DNA of 64,000 nt from Eledone cirrhosa (lineage: Eukaryota): contig OZ024741.1 in the NCBI GenBank assembly GCA_964016885.1, positions 80,476,001-80,540,000 on the forward strand, written 5' to 3'. Position numbers and translations under genes: made by a program. Shown here piece after piece: positions 39,950 through 53,879 of this stretch. Position 1 is the first letter of the stretch. Each line of letters starts with the position of its first letter. Below the pieces are notes generated by a model, which saw only the letters and a list, made by a program, of their open reading frames with translations, did not search any database and was not told the DNA's origin.

Positions 39950-41007
39950 AGGTACCCAAGGACCAGCTGATGGTATTAAACCAGGAAATGGTTTAACAAG
40001 TAGGCTGCAGCAGGATGTTAACACAGATGGAAAAAATACTGCAAGACATTTTGTCCAGTGCTCTAAAAATTCTGGTACTTTATTTTATCAATTTGAAAGG
40101 ATGAAAGGCAAAATTGATCTTAGAGTGCATGTTATTACTTTAGAGAAAGAATCCTGTGTTTTGTAGTTTAAAGATTGGTCTATGTATGCAAGTGGAAAAT
40201 GCATATGTTGAACAATCAATGTAGTCATTGAAGATTTCCAATCAAAAATATATTTCATGGTTTGTTTAACATTAATCTATTAATTTTTCAGAGTTCTCTG
40301 AAAGACTATTTAGATGACCTTTTGGCATTTCAATTAAAATGTTTACTCTAGTGCCAGTAAAATTGTGATGCCTTAAGCTATCACAATTTTTGTAATTAAG
40401 TATGTATGAAATACATGATGAAGGAAGTATTTTCTTTATACTTCCAATCAAAGCAAGATAGAAAGACCATATTTCTGTTTAAATTGTAACTTGGAATGAG
40501 GAATTTTAAAGAAAAAATGTTTACTTGTAGATAAAATTCCTGCTGTGAGATTATTAGCTGATACTGTTATGCTACTTTGCTATTTTCTCAAAGATTACAC
40601 TATATTTCCCTTATAAATAATTTGCTTTTAATTTCCCATTCTTGTACAATTTATTTTAATGTTAATTAAAAACACTGGGTACAAGCAAGGCTGAGTGGTT
40701 AAGAAGTTTGCTTTGTAAGCATGTTCTAAGTTTGAGTCCTACTGCATGACCTCTTTTACCATAACCACAGCTTGACTTAAGGGCAGAGTGAAACTGTATG
40801 AAAGCCTGTCTGATGAACTTTATCTGTAATTCAAAAGTTCAACAGTGTAACAATGTGTCATACTAATTCCACTTGAAAATTACATTGAGTACATATGACT
40901 GGAGTACTCAACTACTTTGTCGGTTGTTTAGTTGATTGAACACCTGGGCTCTCAACTGTCATTCTCTATGGTGGAGTCCATCACCATTATACACTGATTG
41001 TTTCCCT

Positions 41008-41140
41008 TGCTCACAGCAACAGATGTAGTAGCCAGGGGTTTCTCACTGCAATGATTGCACTAGGCAGGAGTTTCTCACAGCAAGAATTGTAGTAACCAAG
41101 GTTTTCTCACTGCAATAGTTGTAGTCGCCAAGAGTTTCCC
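41008..41140. repeat. About 31-bp minisatellite, 4 units
   Basis: Unit tttctcacwgcaa...ttgtagtagccarg repeated. Confidence 0.75.
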
Positions 41141-43384
41141 AAAGAAATTTTGTGCGGTTGAATAAGGTTACTTTCAGATTCCTGTGGATTGGGGTGCTCC
41201 TTATAATTCATAGGAGTGTCTGGGTGTGTGATAGATTTCATTTGAAGGAGTAGTTTCAGATATTCAGGGATATCTCCAGGGCTCAAACTGATGTACCAGC
41301 TGACCCTCCTATTTGTATAAACCTTGCTGGTTGCAGCATCTTCAGTTTAATATAGAAATCTCTGATTTTATTCTAAGGAATATAGGATTACAGGATTACT
41401 ATATTTTTATGAATAGATTTTTTTTGTTTGTGATTTCTTGGAAAATAAAAAATGCTTTTGGAACTCCATTGCTTCTCCATTATTTGATCACTGTTTATTC
41501 ATTCACAGTTGTTTTATTATATGCTTGTATAATCTATATTACCGTCTGCTTATTTTTGATATTGTTTCAGTGAAGGAATATCAGGAAAATGTATGCTATT
41601 TTTACTCTATTATAACAACCTTGTTGAACACGTTTTTTATTGAATTATTTCTACTCAGAATGTTACACGTTAATTCTTATTTATATTGATAAGTAGATTA
41701 ATGAGTTGATAGTATTAGTAATTTTCTCCTCTTATGTCACTGTTTCAACTAAACTTCAGACATCATTTGGTAAAATTTTAACAATAGCTGCATGTAGGGT
41801 TATATGTTCCTTCTTAGCCTTTTCATTACCATATTTCTACCAAAAGACACTATATGATTTTCAACTAATTTTGAAAATAATCATTTGGAGAGATTTAGTA
41901 ATATAACCAACTTTTTCATTAACTCTTAATATCCTGTAATGATTTAGTAAAAAGATATCTAAAAACAAATTTAATTTAAATATTTATAGCATTTTTACTA
42001 GAGGACAGATCGTTGTGAACTCTAAATTAAAGGCTTACATTTTTAATGTTATACAGTCATAGTGTTGTTTGATATTTTTCAAGAATGTCCTGGTAAAAAT
42101 AGTTTTGGAACATAACTTAACAAAATTATGATAGGTTTTTAGATAAATAGAAACATTTCAAAATAAACAGCTTTGTATCATAGAACCAGGGGTTCTTTCT
42201 GGTGATTTGGATTCAAAAGGGTTAAATATACCATTGGTTGCAATATTTACATATAAGTGGGGTTTATCATCCATGATTAAAAAAAAAATTAAGTCAAGTC
42301 TTGTGGTTGACCTACTATGAAACTAATGAAGATTAAGCTTCAGTGGTCCGAGTCATTGAGGAGCCCTAGAAACAACTTTCTTTCTTTGCCTTTCATTCAG
42401 TACTAGTTCAGGGTAGTGAATTGGCAGAATTGATCGTATAAGATGAGAAACCTTGCAGTAGCAGTTCCAGCTCTTTATGCTGTGTGTTCAAATTCCACTG
42501 CGGTCTACATGGGTGGTAGGTATAATCTGTCTCCCAGTTTAACACCACTTGGCTCTTGGGTGCCTTTAGCAGAATCTACTCAGTCGCACAAGGTTTGTGG
42601 ATACCTCTCTCCCTCCCTTCCCTCCCCAACAAAATAGTAAAAATATAAAAGGCTCAAAACTTCTTGTGGCAGTTTGCTTGCTGATAAAATGAGGTTCCAC
42701 TCATACTTTACAATTGACCGGAGCAATAGTAGCAGGAAGGCCCTTCAGCTGCAAAAGTAACTGCTTCAACTAAAACATTCCACTCATGAAAACACAGAAC
42801 ATGGAAAACAAAAATGTAGCCTTTTCTTCATATTTGACTTCAACAACTATGTTTCTTTACATTCTAATTTCAACTATGGTCAACTTGAATTTTGCCTTTT
42901 ATCCTCCCACTATCAATAAACTAAGTATTAATGAAATAGTTGATACCAACCTACATGAAACAACCACTGGTTCTATGATATCAAACTTTGTTTTAAAATA
43001 TTTATATTTATCTCTGCATTGCGTCTTGAGCAAGTGTCATTTGCCACAACCTTACGTCAACTCATGTGATGTGAGTAAAATTGAGTAGATGGAAACTGTT
43101 TGAAAGCCTGTTGGGTTGACTGTACCTGTAATTCAAAAGGTCAGCCTTGTCACACCATTTACAAAAGATTAGAAATTCAGAGAATTTCTAACGGAAAATA
43201 AATTTCATCAGATAGCTATTTCCATACTATAGGACTTAAGTCCCACGGTCTGTAAATATAATGCCAACTACCACTTCGTATGAGCATTATGAACAGGTAG
43301 ATATTTAAATCATTTTTTAATTTATTTAGAGGATTGTTTAATGTTTGTTTGTTCTGCTCATCAATTTATATATATATATATATA

Positions 43385-44565
43385 TATCATCATCATTTTA
43401 CGTCCGCTTTTCTCTGCTTGGAAGGGTGGGATGGGTCCTATTCAGCACAGCATCTCTCCACTTGTCACGGTCCTTCGTCATCTCCACCTTGAGCGTCAGT
43501 GATCTGAGGTCTGCTCTCACCACCTACGCCCATGTTTTTCGTGGTCTTCCTCTACTACGTCTTCCTTCAACTGGCATTTCTTGGCACTTCTTCACGCATC
43601 GGTCATCCTCCATGCGCATCACATGTCCATACCATCGCAGTCTCCTCTCCCGCACACAACAATTTATCCCACTTAGACACAGTTTCTCTCTCAACACATC
43701 CATGCTCGGCCGTTCACGCACATTGACAATGCACATCCAACGGAGCATGCTTGCCTCATTTCTCTCCAGCCTTCGCATATCCTCTGCAGTTGCTGCCCAT
43801 GTCTCACTACCATGCAGTATTGTGCACCGTACACAGGCATCATGTAACCGGCCTTTCGTACGCAGGGAGAAACCTTCTTCGTCAGTAGAGGATGCAGCTC
43901 CCTAAACTTCTTCCAACCCGTCCTTATTCTAGATACTATGGCCTTGGAACACCCCCTCCCATGCTAATCTGATCACCTAGGTACCGGAAACTATCAACCA
44001 CTCCTATAGCACCCACCTGCATTTGAAAAATGTGTCTATCAATGCGACTTCTACTGTCAAATTTCCCTGTACATCTACTGCATACGTATTTCTCCCTACC
44101 TGTTAGTTTGCCTGCTATCCCACTACATCTCTTGTGTACCCAAGATCTGGATTGTGTACATTTTATAAAATTTATGCCAGTTTCTTTTCTGCATATTGAA
44201 CATGGCCATTTCCCTGATGGAATCAGAGTTTTGTCCTCTTTTCTACTCATCAACACTTTTGTCTTAGCTAGGTTCATTCTGTCCTCTTGATTCCAACTGC
44301 TGTTTCCATAGCCAGAATTTATTCTCCAGTTCCTCTACTGATTCTGCTATAAGAACCAGATCGTCAGCATAGAGAGGTTCCCATGGACAGCCAGTCTTAA
44401 ACTCCTCTGTTATGGCTTGGAGGACTATAATGAACAAGATTGGGCTGATGACCGAACCCTGATGTACACCTACTTGTATCTGGAATTCCTCACTAAACTC
44501 CATTCCTACCCTCACTTTACTGACAGCACCTCTGTACCAAGCTTGCACTGTCCTCACAAGCTATA
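43385..44565 (-). mobile_element. 5'-truncated RTE LINE (RT to C-terminus, very short 3'UTR, TGA tail)
   Basis: VGVHQGSVISPILF, LYADDLVLIA, PHD-like CSIC...HKRC...[22 protein letters not shown]. Confidence 0.92.
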
Positions 44566-44584
44566 CTCTATCTCTATTTCTACA

Positions 44585-44615
<31 letters not shown>

Positions 44616-44620
44616 CTATA

Positions 44621-46017
44621 TCTATACTATAAAGCTGATGGCCGTATATAGGTAACAAACTTTCCGCCAAACGGTTGGACCAAACAGCACCAAATTTGCA
44701 CCTTAGATGTAACTTTTTCCAAGTAAAAAAGTGAGGGTATTTTTGTCTACTGAATTTTGTTAAAAGATTAAAGACGTTATTTAAATATTCACTTCTTTAA
44801 AATTTCAAATGTCAACACTTCCGGTTATACGTCATTCCTCACTTTTTCTTATGACGTCGCACAGCATTCCCCTCTTTTTCTTAGTCTGTCTTTTTAAATA
44901 GATACATAGCTCTCTGTATGTCTGGCTGTCTGCATTAGATAACGTTTTTCGAAATATTTACTTCTGCGTTCACAGATGGATTTTTTTTAGTTTCAGAAGA
45001 TCCCATTAAGGGTGAAAGCAGCGATTCTTTGCTTAAACTTTAATCTGTTATTTTAATATATATATTCGTGTACAGATATTTTTGCATACACAAAAACAAA
45101 AACCTATTTATTTCACGAAAGCACAGACGGCTTATCGTCATTGTTACTGTTCGAGGTGAGAGGACCACAGTCTTTCCAAGATCTGAGACCCATCAATGGC
45201 CATCAATGTTCCACGCATCTAGCAAGCCAAACGGTATGTTACAGGATGACAGCCATTGGCACCTCACCTTGCAAGAAGCAGCAACTGCTAAAGTCCCTTC
45301 TCAGCTGTGAAAACTTTTTGCTATTATGCTGCACAACTGCGATCTTACCGACCCTCTCGCACTGTGGAACAACCATCGGGAAAGTCTAGCTGAAGACATC
45401 CTCCACCGCACACGCAGACACAATCCAAACGTAACATACGATGTCGTTTTCATTGAGGCGCTCATTTGTCTTGAAAACAGTGTCCTGGAGATTGGTGGTA
45501 GGCCTCTAAGTCACTACAGCTTACCTGCTTCTGACAGGAGTGTCCAGAGGTCAACGTCTACAGAGCTTCTACGCGAGACGAGCTATGAAATCAGTGATTC
45601 TCCCATGCTCAATTGTATGTAGGATGCTCTAGGGTGAGCTCGCCAAACAATCTCTTCATTTTTAATCCGGAGGGCTGAACAAAAAATATTGTATACTCTG
45701 AGGCTCTAACAATGTAATTTAAATATTTTCTGTTACTTGGAATTTCCATTATGGTTGTACAAATTATTGTTTGTTAAAAAATTTGTTCTCTGTTCAGCCT
45801 TTATTGTTGTAACTATCAATTTTCTTTAACATACTGGCTGCTGAACTGGGGAATCCTAAAACTATTCAAGCCCAACATCAGAGCACGTTAACCCCCCCCC
45901 CCCCCCTCGCTGAATTGAGAGGCCGTGCGGTATCTTTGCACTGGAGTGTAGGAGGGATTCCTGAAAAGATAAAATGCCGGTATACCTAGCCAGGCGCCAG
46001 CCGGACGGGCCAGCTAG
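44621..46017 (+). mobile_element. Non-autonomous Helitron, copy 1
   Basis: A|TCTATACTAT start, GC-rich subterminus and CTAG|T end. Internal RepHel relic VRGPQSFQDLR..NG, DDSHWHLTLQEAA, SQL, CDLTDPLALW. Confidence 0.88.
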
Positions 46018-46512
46018 TATATTATAAAGCTGACGGCCGTATGTATGTAACAAACTTTTCGCCAAACGGCTGAACTAAACAGCACCAAATTTGTACCATA
46101 GATGTAACTTTTTCCAAGAAAGTGAGGGTATTTTTGTCTACTCAATTTTGTTAAAAGATTAAAGACATTATTTAAATATTCACTTCTTTAAAATTTTCAA
46201 ATGTCAACACTTCCGGTTATACAACATTTTCCTCTCTTTTTTAGTCTGTCTTTTTAGATAGATACATAGCTATAATGTCGTGCCCTTATAATATGTCTCT
46301 ATCTGGCTGTCTGCATTAGATACATAGCTATAACGTTGCACGCTTATAATATGTCTGTCTTCACGAACCAAAGTATCGTCTTCCTGTTTTCCTTCGGTTG
46401 CAACGTTTTTCGAAATATTTACTTCTGCGTTCAAAGATTGATTTTTTTTTAGTTTCAGAAGATCTTGTTAAGGGTGAAAGCAGCGATTCTTTGCTTAAAC
46501 TTTAATCTGTTA

Positions 46513-46550
<38 letters not shown>

Positions 46551-47225
46551 TATATTCGTGTACAGATATTTTTGCATACACAAAAACAAAATATAAACAA
46601 ACATATTTATTTCACGAAAGCTCAGACGGCTTATCGTCATTGTTACTGCTGATATGCCACCCAAAAAGTCCCCTGGCCGCAAGATCAGATTTTCCAGAAG
46701 AAAAAATGTTACTAGAGCAACAGAGAGACTAAGCTTCGCGATTACCATCAACAAAGCTCAGGGTCAAACTCTAAAAGTGGTTGGCCTTCATCTGGGAAAA
46801 CCATGCTTCTCCCATGGTCAATTGTATGTAGAATGCTCTAGGGTGAGCTTGCCAAACAATCTCTTCATCTTTGCTCTCGAGGGCTGAACAAAAAATATTG
46901 CATACTCTGAGGCTCTAACAATGTAATTTATGTATTTTCTGTTACTTGGAATTTCCATTATGGTTGTATAAATTATTGTAAAGTTTGTTAAAAAATTTGT
47001 TCTCTATTCAGCCTTTATTGTTGTAACTATCAATTTTCTTTAACGTACTGGCTGCTGAACTGGGGAATCCTAAAAACTATTCAAGCCCAACATCAGAGCA
47101 CGTTACCCCCCCCCCTCGCTGACTTGAGAGGGTGTGCGGTATCTTTGCACTAGAGTGGAGTGGGGAATCCTGAGAAGATAAAATGCCGGTATACCTAGCC
47201 GGGCGCCAGCCGGACGGGTCAGCTA

Positions 47226-47226
<1 letters not shown>
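46018..47226 (+). mobile_element. Non-autonomous Helitron, copy 2 (tandem)
   Basis: Same 5' and 3' regions as copy 1; PIF1 helicase C-terminal motifs [13 protein letters not shown]...[11 protein letters not shown] (46654-46887); ends CTAG|T. Confidence 0.9.
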
Positions 47227-47269
<43 letters not shown>

Positions 47270-47270
<1 letters not shown>

Positions 47271-47408
47271 ACGAAGGAAATGTGGTAAGGAAACAGGTGG
47301 ACCATAACGCACCAAAGTACTCAATACTTAGGGTAGTAGAGTGGGTAATAGGAACCAGTAAGACCCCGACGGCTGAGCTCAAGCCGTTTCGACGGCTAAT
47401 TCTGGAAT
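47270..47408 (-). mobile_element. Probable PLE pLTR fragment carrying the 3' half of a hammerhead
   Basis: Minus strand GAAACGGCT-tgagctc-AGCCGTC|ggggtc (6-bp stem III, GUC site). Homologous pieces at 25979-26035. Confidence 0.45.
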
Positions 47409-47420
47409 ACATATATATAT

Positions 47421-50400
47421 CACCTTGACCGACCAGTCTGTCGGGCGTCCATTCAGCGCCGCTGGTCACAGCACGCTGTCCATTCCTCTCTGGATCGTGC
47501 TTTCCTCATCCATGTAGTCCCAATCATATTCCTAAAATCGTAACTCCACATTCGTGGTCATTTCCGCTCGCGCGGGTACCACTCGGCAACTGCGCGAGTC
47601 CACCAATTATCGGTGAACCGGGCGATGTGTCCAGCCTATCTGAACTTGCTGTGCATATATTCCGTGATGATGTCCCTCACGCCGGACTTCTGTCTGATGA
47701 CTTCGCTCCTGATGTGCTCTCTCTCAACAAGATTCCTAGCATTAATCTCTCCATGGCTCTTTGAGCCGTTACCAGCCTCTGCTCTTCTCTCTTCGTTGTA
47801 GCCCAAGTTTCACTGCCATATAACATTGCAGGTAAAACTGTGCTATTGAAGAGGTTGGCGCGGGTGGTCTTGTCCAACCTCCCCTTGAGCACATCCCTTA
47901 TGCCGTTGAACGCCTTCCATCCGACCCTTATTCTCCGCGAGATCTCCCTCTCAATGTCTCGGCGCATGTTCACTTGTTCCAGGTAGACGTATTCCTCCAC
48001 CTCCTCTATTTCATCACCGCCAACCACCATTCGACCTGTTGGTACGTTGTCGGACCGCAGGAACTTCGTTTTCATGCGGTTCATCTTGAGGCCTACTGCA
48101 GAGCTTTTGATGTCGAGCTCCGTCAGCATGGTCTGAAGCTGATCCGTGGTTTCAGCGATGAGTACAATGTCATCAGCGAAACGAGGTGGGTAAGTATCTC
48201 GCCGTCGATGTTGACACCGCCTTGCCAGCCAATGCCTTTGATGATCTGCTCGAGACACGCGGTGAAAAGTTTTGGAGAGATCGTATCTGCTTGCTTCATA
48301 CGGGTGATGACAGCAGAGCTATGTCGGTAGTACATCCGGAATTCGCCTCCTTGAGCAGTTGAATGTATTGCGCCTTGACTCTGCAGCGAGTTCAGCACTG
48401 CATTGATTTCAATGCTGTCGAAGGCCTTCTCGTAGTCTATGAATGCGACGCAAAGAGGCATCTTGTACTCTTTCGCTCGCTCAAGCAGTTGTCAGAGTAA
48501 ATATGTGGTCCATTGTGCTGTAGTTCTTCCGGAAGCCGGCTTGCTCTCTCGGTTGCTGTTCGTCCAGATGACGTGATAACCTGTTCAGGATTATCGTCAT
48601 GAACAGCTTGTACACGTGAGACAGCAGACATATGGGTCGGTAGTTCTTCAGATCTTCTCTATCGCCCTTCTTGTATAGCAGGATGGTATTCGACTCTTTC
48701 CATTGTGAGGGTATTCTTCCCTCATCCAGATAGTGTGTGAATCGCTCGACGAGGATTTTCCAGAGCTGCTCTCCACCTGACTTCAACACCTTCGATGTTA
48801 TGCCGTCTTTCCCTGGTGCCTTTCCGCTTTTCATCAAGCTGACGGCTCTTTCGACCTCGCTGACAAAGATGGGTGGCACATTTTTTTCCTGTTGGAGTTA
48901 CGGCAACGGCTGCACATTCCCGGGAGACTTGAAGAGCTTGGTGTAGAAGTCTTCGCAAACCTTTTCCACCTCACTCTTGTTGCTGACCGGTACTCCAGCT
49001 GTGTTCTTCAGGATCGTCACCTCTGATCTGTACATTGGCATGTCCCTCTCGCATTTCTTGAGGCTTTTCTTTTCCTCTGCGGCCTTTAGGAGCTTCTCCA
49101 TCCGGTATGCCTCGAAGTCTCTCTTCAGTTGTTGACGTATCACTCTGCTGAGAAGGGAATATTCGAGGTGATCTTCAGGTGTCCTCTTCATATTCTTTCT
49201 CTTCTCAAGCAACTTCATAATTTTCTCCGAACTCTTCCCTTCTGCTCCTTCGGGCACACACCCTTAGTCTTCCTCAAGCACTCCTTCAGTTTCCTTATCA
49301 GTGAGTCGTAGTCAGTATCTATGCCGTCTCCTTGACGCCAGTTTTCCTGCATGATGGCTTCCTGCAGCTGCGCCTCGTTGAAGACCCGGACGCGTTCTCC
49401 CTTCGACACCAAATGCAGCGCCTTCTTCCTCGTCCGGTCGATGACGACCCTCACCCTCACCAGACGATGATTACTGCCAGTGTTGAATGGCGTTATGACG
49501 GAGATGTCCTGCAGTATGCGTCGCTTGTCGACCAGGATGTAGTCGATCTCGTTTCGGTGCTCAGAATTTGGCGATACCCAGGTCCATCTCTTCTCCTTCT
49601 TCCTGAATAGGCTGTTTCCGATGTAGAGCCATCTCGCCTCCGCCATGGTGACCAGACGCTCTCCTCTCATTTCACTCTCCTAGGCCGAATCATCTGACAT
49701 ACTCTTCCCCTTGCCGTCCCTGTCCGACCTTTGCATTGAAGTCTCCCATCACGACGGTGTAAGTGGACTTCACAGCTAGCACTTTGTCTAGCAGGCGATA
49801 GAATTCTTCCACTTTATCGTCGTCGCTGGCACTTGTGGGAGCGTAGGTCTGGATGATCTTGAGGGTGGCCTTCCATGAGAGGTTCACGTTCAGTACACCA
49901 ATCAGTGACGATATGAACTGGCAAGAAGCAACCTTCGAAGCCCATTCCTTGCTTACGATGAACCTTATGCCTCCAACCGATCTGGCACCCTCTGCCTTCC
50001 CGAGTCTTATGGCGCATCCATCTTGCCATCGCGAACTCGCTTCCTTCTTCTGGCGGGTCTCGCACAGCCCTAACACGTCGCACCTGATTTTTTTCTTCTC
50101 CATTAGGTGGTTCAGTCCTTGCCCCCCTGCCAAAGACCTGCAGTTGTAGGTGCATATGGCAAGGTTAGTCCTGTTCCATGGCGGCTTTCGGGAACATTGA
50201 TTCTTAGCAGCCTCTCGTCGCTCGGGTTGCACTCCGCCATCGTGGAGTGGCCCGATTGACGCGCAGGGTACTGAGGCCTTTTCTTCATGCTGTTTTAGCC
50301 ATAAGATAACGCCATCCCACTGGCTGGGCGGGCAGGCCGGTACCTCTTCAGTTTAGCTAGCTTTTGAACTCTAGAAGATGATGAATCATCTCTAGAACCA

Positions 50401-50490
50401 ATAGTCTGATACCTGTGTCGCATGGTAAAACCTGCCAGGACATTGAGTCCCGCTACCGTAGCTATCAAACAGCCAGGGTCACCGCTGCGC

Positions 50491-50493
<3 letters not shown>
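47421..50493 (-). mobile_element. Full-length single-ORF RTE LINE (APE + RT), multiply frameshifted, with 13-bp TSD
   Basis: CTYNCRSL, LGLCETR, YAPTS, GDFNAKVG, EIDYIL, KAPGKDGI, NYRPICLLS, EQAGFR, FIDYEKAFDS, FADDIVLIA, YGSETW. TSD tacatatatatat at 47408-47420 and 50494-50506. Confidence 0.93.
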
Positions 50494-50528
<35 letters not shown>

Positions 50529-50749
50529 GTGAGTGTGTATGTGTGTCTATGACTAGTGTATATAGATCAGACACCCACACATATATACACACACACATAC
50601 ATCATCATCATCGTTTAACGTTCATTTTCCACGCTAGCATGGGTTAGACATATATATATATATATATACGTATACACACACATTTATATATATACACATA
50701 CACACACGTGCATATATATATGGGCCTTCCAGTTTCATTTCACATTATA

Positions 50750-50855
50750 TACATGTCTGTATATTTTAATTATTTAAAAATTATTTTCAAGTGAACATGA
50801 TTTAAAAAAAAATATTTTGAAGTGAACATGACCCAATGGGTCACGGGTGGTCTAG
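50750..50855 (+). mobile_element. Short Helitron 3' end remnant
   Basis: Hairpin tgaccca-a-tgggtca followed by cgggtggtCTAG|T. Confidence 0.55.
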
Positions 50856-52707
50856 TATTTTTCTAAAAACTTTTTATCATAGTTTTCTGTAAGAACCTTT
50901 GTAAAGTTATGTTCCAAAGTTATGTTCCTTGATAACAAGAAAGTTAGTTACATTACTTAATCTCTCCAATTTTGTGATGATTTTCAAAAGGATTTGAAAA
51001 TCATAGGACAGCATCTTTCAATAGAAATATGGTAATGAAAGGGTTAATCACAGTTCACTCTTCCAACACTTGCTGCTTTGTGCCTAAGCTAGAAATAATT
51101 GAACCAAGCACTAGATTCCTTGTTTTATGCATTTTTTCTGTTAGTTTTTGTTTACAGCCAAATTACGTTAATTATAATGGTTGTGTAAAATAATTTACCC
51201 TTGAACGGTTGTCTCTGTGCACTTGTTATCTGTTCCAATAATTTCAGCTTCAATTTCATCCTGTTTTAATCATTGATGCTCTGTGCTAGTTTAAAGCTTA
51301 TTTCATTCTCTTATGTTATACCTCCTAACATGCTCTTTATTTATATACTTTTTTTTTTTTCATCTTCCATTTACTTAATTGTCTATTATTTTTTCACTAT
51401 GTTAGTCAGTTGTTTAAGAGGGAACAATTTAGTACATTGTAACAAATGTTGATACTGATATATTCAGACCATGATTTGATAGATTAAAACCACTTATATA
51501 ATCATCTTCATTATTGTTTTCCATGCAGGAGAGACCTAATTTTGCTCATACATTCCATTTTTGGCATGGTTTCTACAAGTAGATGCCCTTCATATGCCAA
51601 CCACTTTACAGAATGTACTGGATGCATTTTATTGTAGCACCAGCACTAACATGAACATCTGAACATTTATTTATAAATAACCAATGTAGAATTTAAAAAA
51701 AAGTTTTGCCCTTTTATCATCAATTAATTAATTTCAATTAATTTATTTCAATTAATTAATGAAGTATTTTGAGAAATCTGGTAAAATTATTCATTATTTT
51801 ATTAACATGGTACTTGTGACAAAAAGTTCTTAAAAGAAATTATAGGAAAATAGGAACTCTTTAAAATGGTGGTTTTGTGTAGGGTGGTATCAAAAGAGTT
51901 AAATATGAATTTTTGATTTAATTATTGTTAGACGATGAGATTAAATTCCTTGCAGTATTTGTTTTGAGTCTCTTCACCCTGAGTTCAAATCTCACTGAGG
52001 TTATTTTTGCCTTTCATCTTTTGGGGGTTAATAAATAACAAAGCCAGGGTGGTGAATTGGTAGAATTGTTAAAACATCAGATGTGATACTTTGTGGTATC
52101 CTTTTCAGTCCTTTATAATTTGAGTTTTCATGTAACTAGTGCCAGACTGTATCAGCCCTGTCTCCTTGATCAACATTGGTGACATAGGAAGGGGAGACTT
52201 GTATATGGTAGTAACTGCTGGTCTTTTACAAAAAGCACTGCCCAGATCATACAAGACATATGGAGGCTTCTAAATAATTGAATTTTTATGTTGATACTCA
52301 TTTATGTTAAATAACAAACAACAAGCATATTTAGGCCATTTTCCATGCTTATGCAAGGGTTAGCCTGGTGGGCACCATGGCAAACTGCTCTATTTCGCCC
52401 AGTCATCAGCATGTCACACACCTCACCAACCCTCTGGCTTTCATGTCCTCAGTCTAATTAATAAAACAAAATGCTATTTTGTTTTGAAAACTGTATTTTA
52501 AGTATGCACAAACACATGTATATAAATATATCTCATTAGTCTAAATTAACTCCATTATGTTACATAAATGGGAATTTTTGGAGTTATATTTGCATTTTTT
52601 AATATGCTTGTTCAGATAATCATTTGTTTGTGTACGAACATTAGTAAATACCATACATTTTAGGCTGCACCTCTTTTCTTGTATTTCCAATCTGATACCA
52701 TCTCCAT

Positions 52708-53476
52708 TAAGGCTTCTCCCTCAGAATGAAAGGCAGACTGTATGATGCGTGTATCCGAACAGCGATGTTGCATGGTAGTGAGACCTGGGCGCTGAAGGTG
52801 GAAGACTTACGTAGATTAGAGAGAAACGAAGCCTGCATGCTCCGATGGATGTGTAACAGTAATATACGTGAACGACAAAGCATAAATGAATTGAGAGAGA
52901 GACTGAGCATAAGAGGAATCAAATGCTGCGTGCAGGAGAGGCGGTTACGCTGGTATGGGCATGTGATGCGTATGAAGGATGACAGCTGCATAAAAAGGTG
53001 CAGAGCACTAGAAGTTGATGGAAACCGCGGAGTGGGGAGACCCAAGATGACTTGGGATGAGGTGATAAAAGCCGACCTTACCCAACTACACCTCTCAAAG
53101 TCAATGACACACGACCGTGACTTCTGGCGTCACGCAGTAATACAGGGTACCCGACCTCCCATGGGTACATGCTGAAGCATATAAACAATATGCCCCCCCC
53201 CCCCCACCGCAAGGTGGTCGTGGAGGTGCCACGGCAAAAAAGCACCCAGCCCACACTGTAAAGTGGACGTGTAGGCGCCACGAAAAAGCACCCAGCACTC
53301 ACTGTAAATGAGGTTGGTGTTAGGAAGGGCATCCAGCTGTAGAAATCAAGCCAGATCAGTTCCTGTATGAGCAAGGCATGGTCAGCCGACCAGACACTGC
53401 CCACAACAGGACAACCCGTCTAACCCATGCTAGCGTGGAAGAACGGACGTAAAACGGTGATGATGATGATGATGAT
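52708..53476 (+). mobile_element. 5'-truncated RTE LINE, close relative of 1101-2257
   Basis: ORF 52726-53175 [21 protein letters not shown]...[11 protein letters not shown]; same 3'UTR and (TGA)n tail. Confidence 0.92.
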
Positions 53477-53879
53477 TAACTGTTTTGATACCAAAGTACT
53501 CCTAGTACTACATACAAAACTAGTTATTTTTAAGTGTTTATCATTATCATCACACCCATTTTTCCAAGGCAGAATGAGTTTGATGGGACATTTTAAGGCA
53601 GTGTTTTACAACCAGATGCCCTATATTGAACACTTTCAGTCACTTCTTATGACAGACAAAGATACGGTATGCCTATTCTAAACTGGATATGTGTGTTTAT
53701 ATTTATCTAGAATGCTTCCACCATATATATATATAATCAGCAGAAAATGCACATAAAGGTGGTTCTGCACATGTAATGCCAGTTTGTGCAACAGATTAGT
53801 GCCTATTCTGATGGTGTGATGCATTTGAAATAACAAAACAAAGAATAGACAAGAAAAATTTATGGGTGTTTTTCAACCA

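Noticed and set aside
50300-50356. Hammerhead at minus-strand CTGAAGA in the RTE 5'UTR
   Set aside because: No correctly placed GAAA box or stems found.
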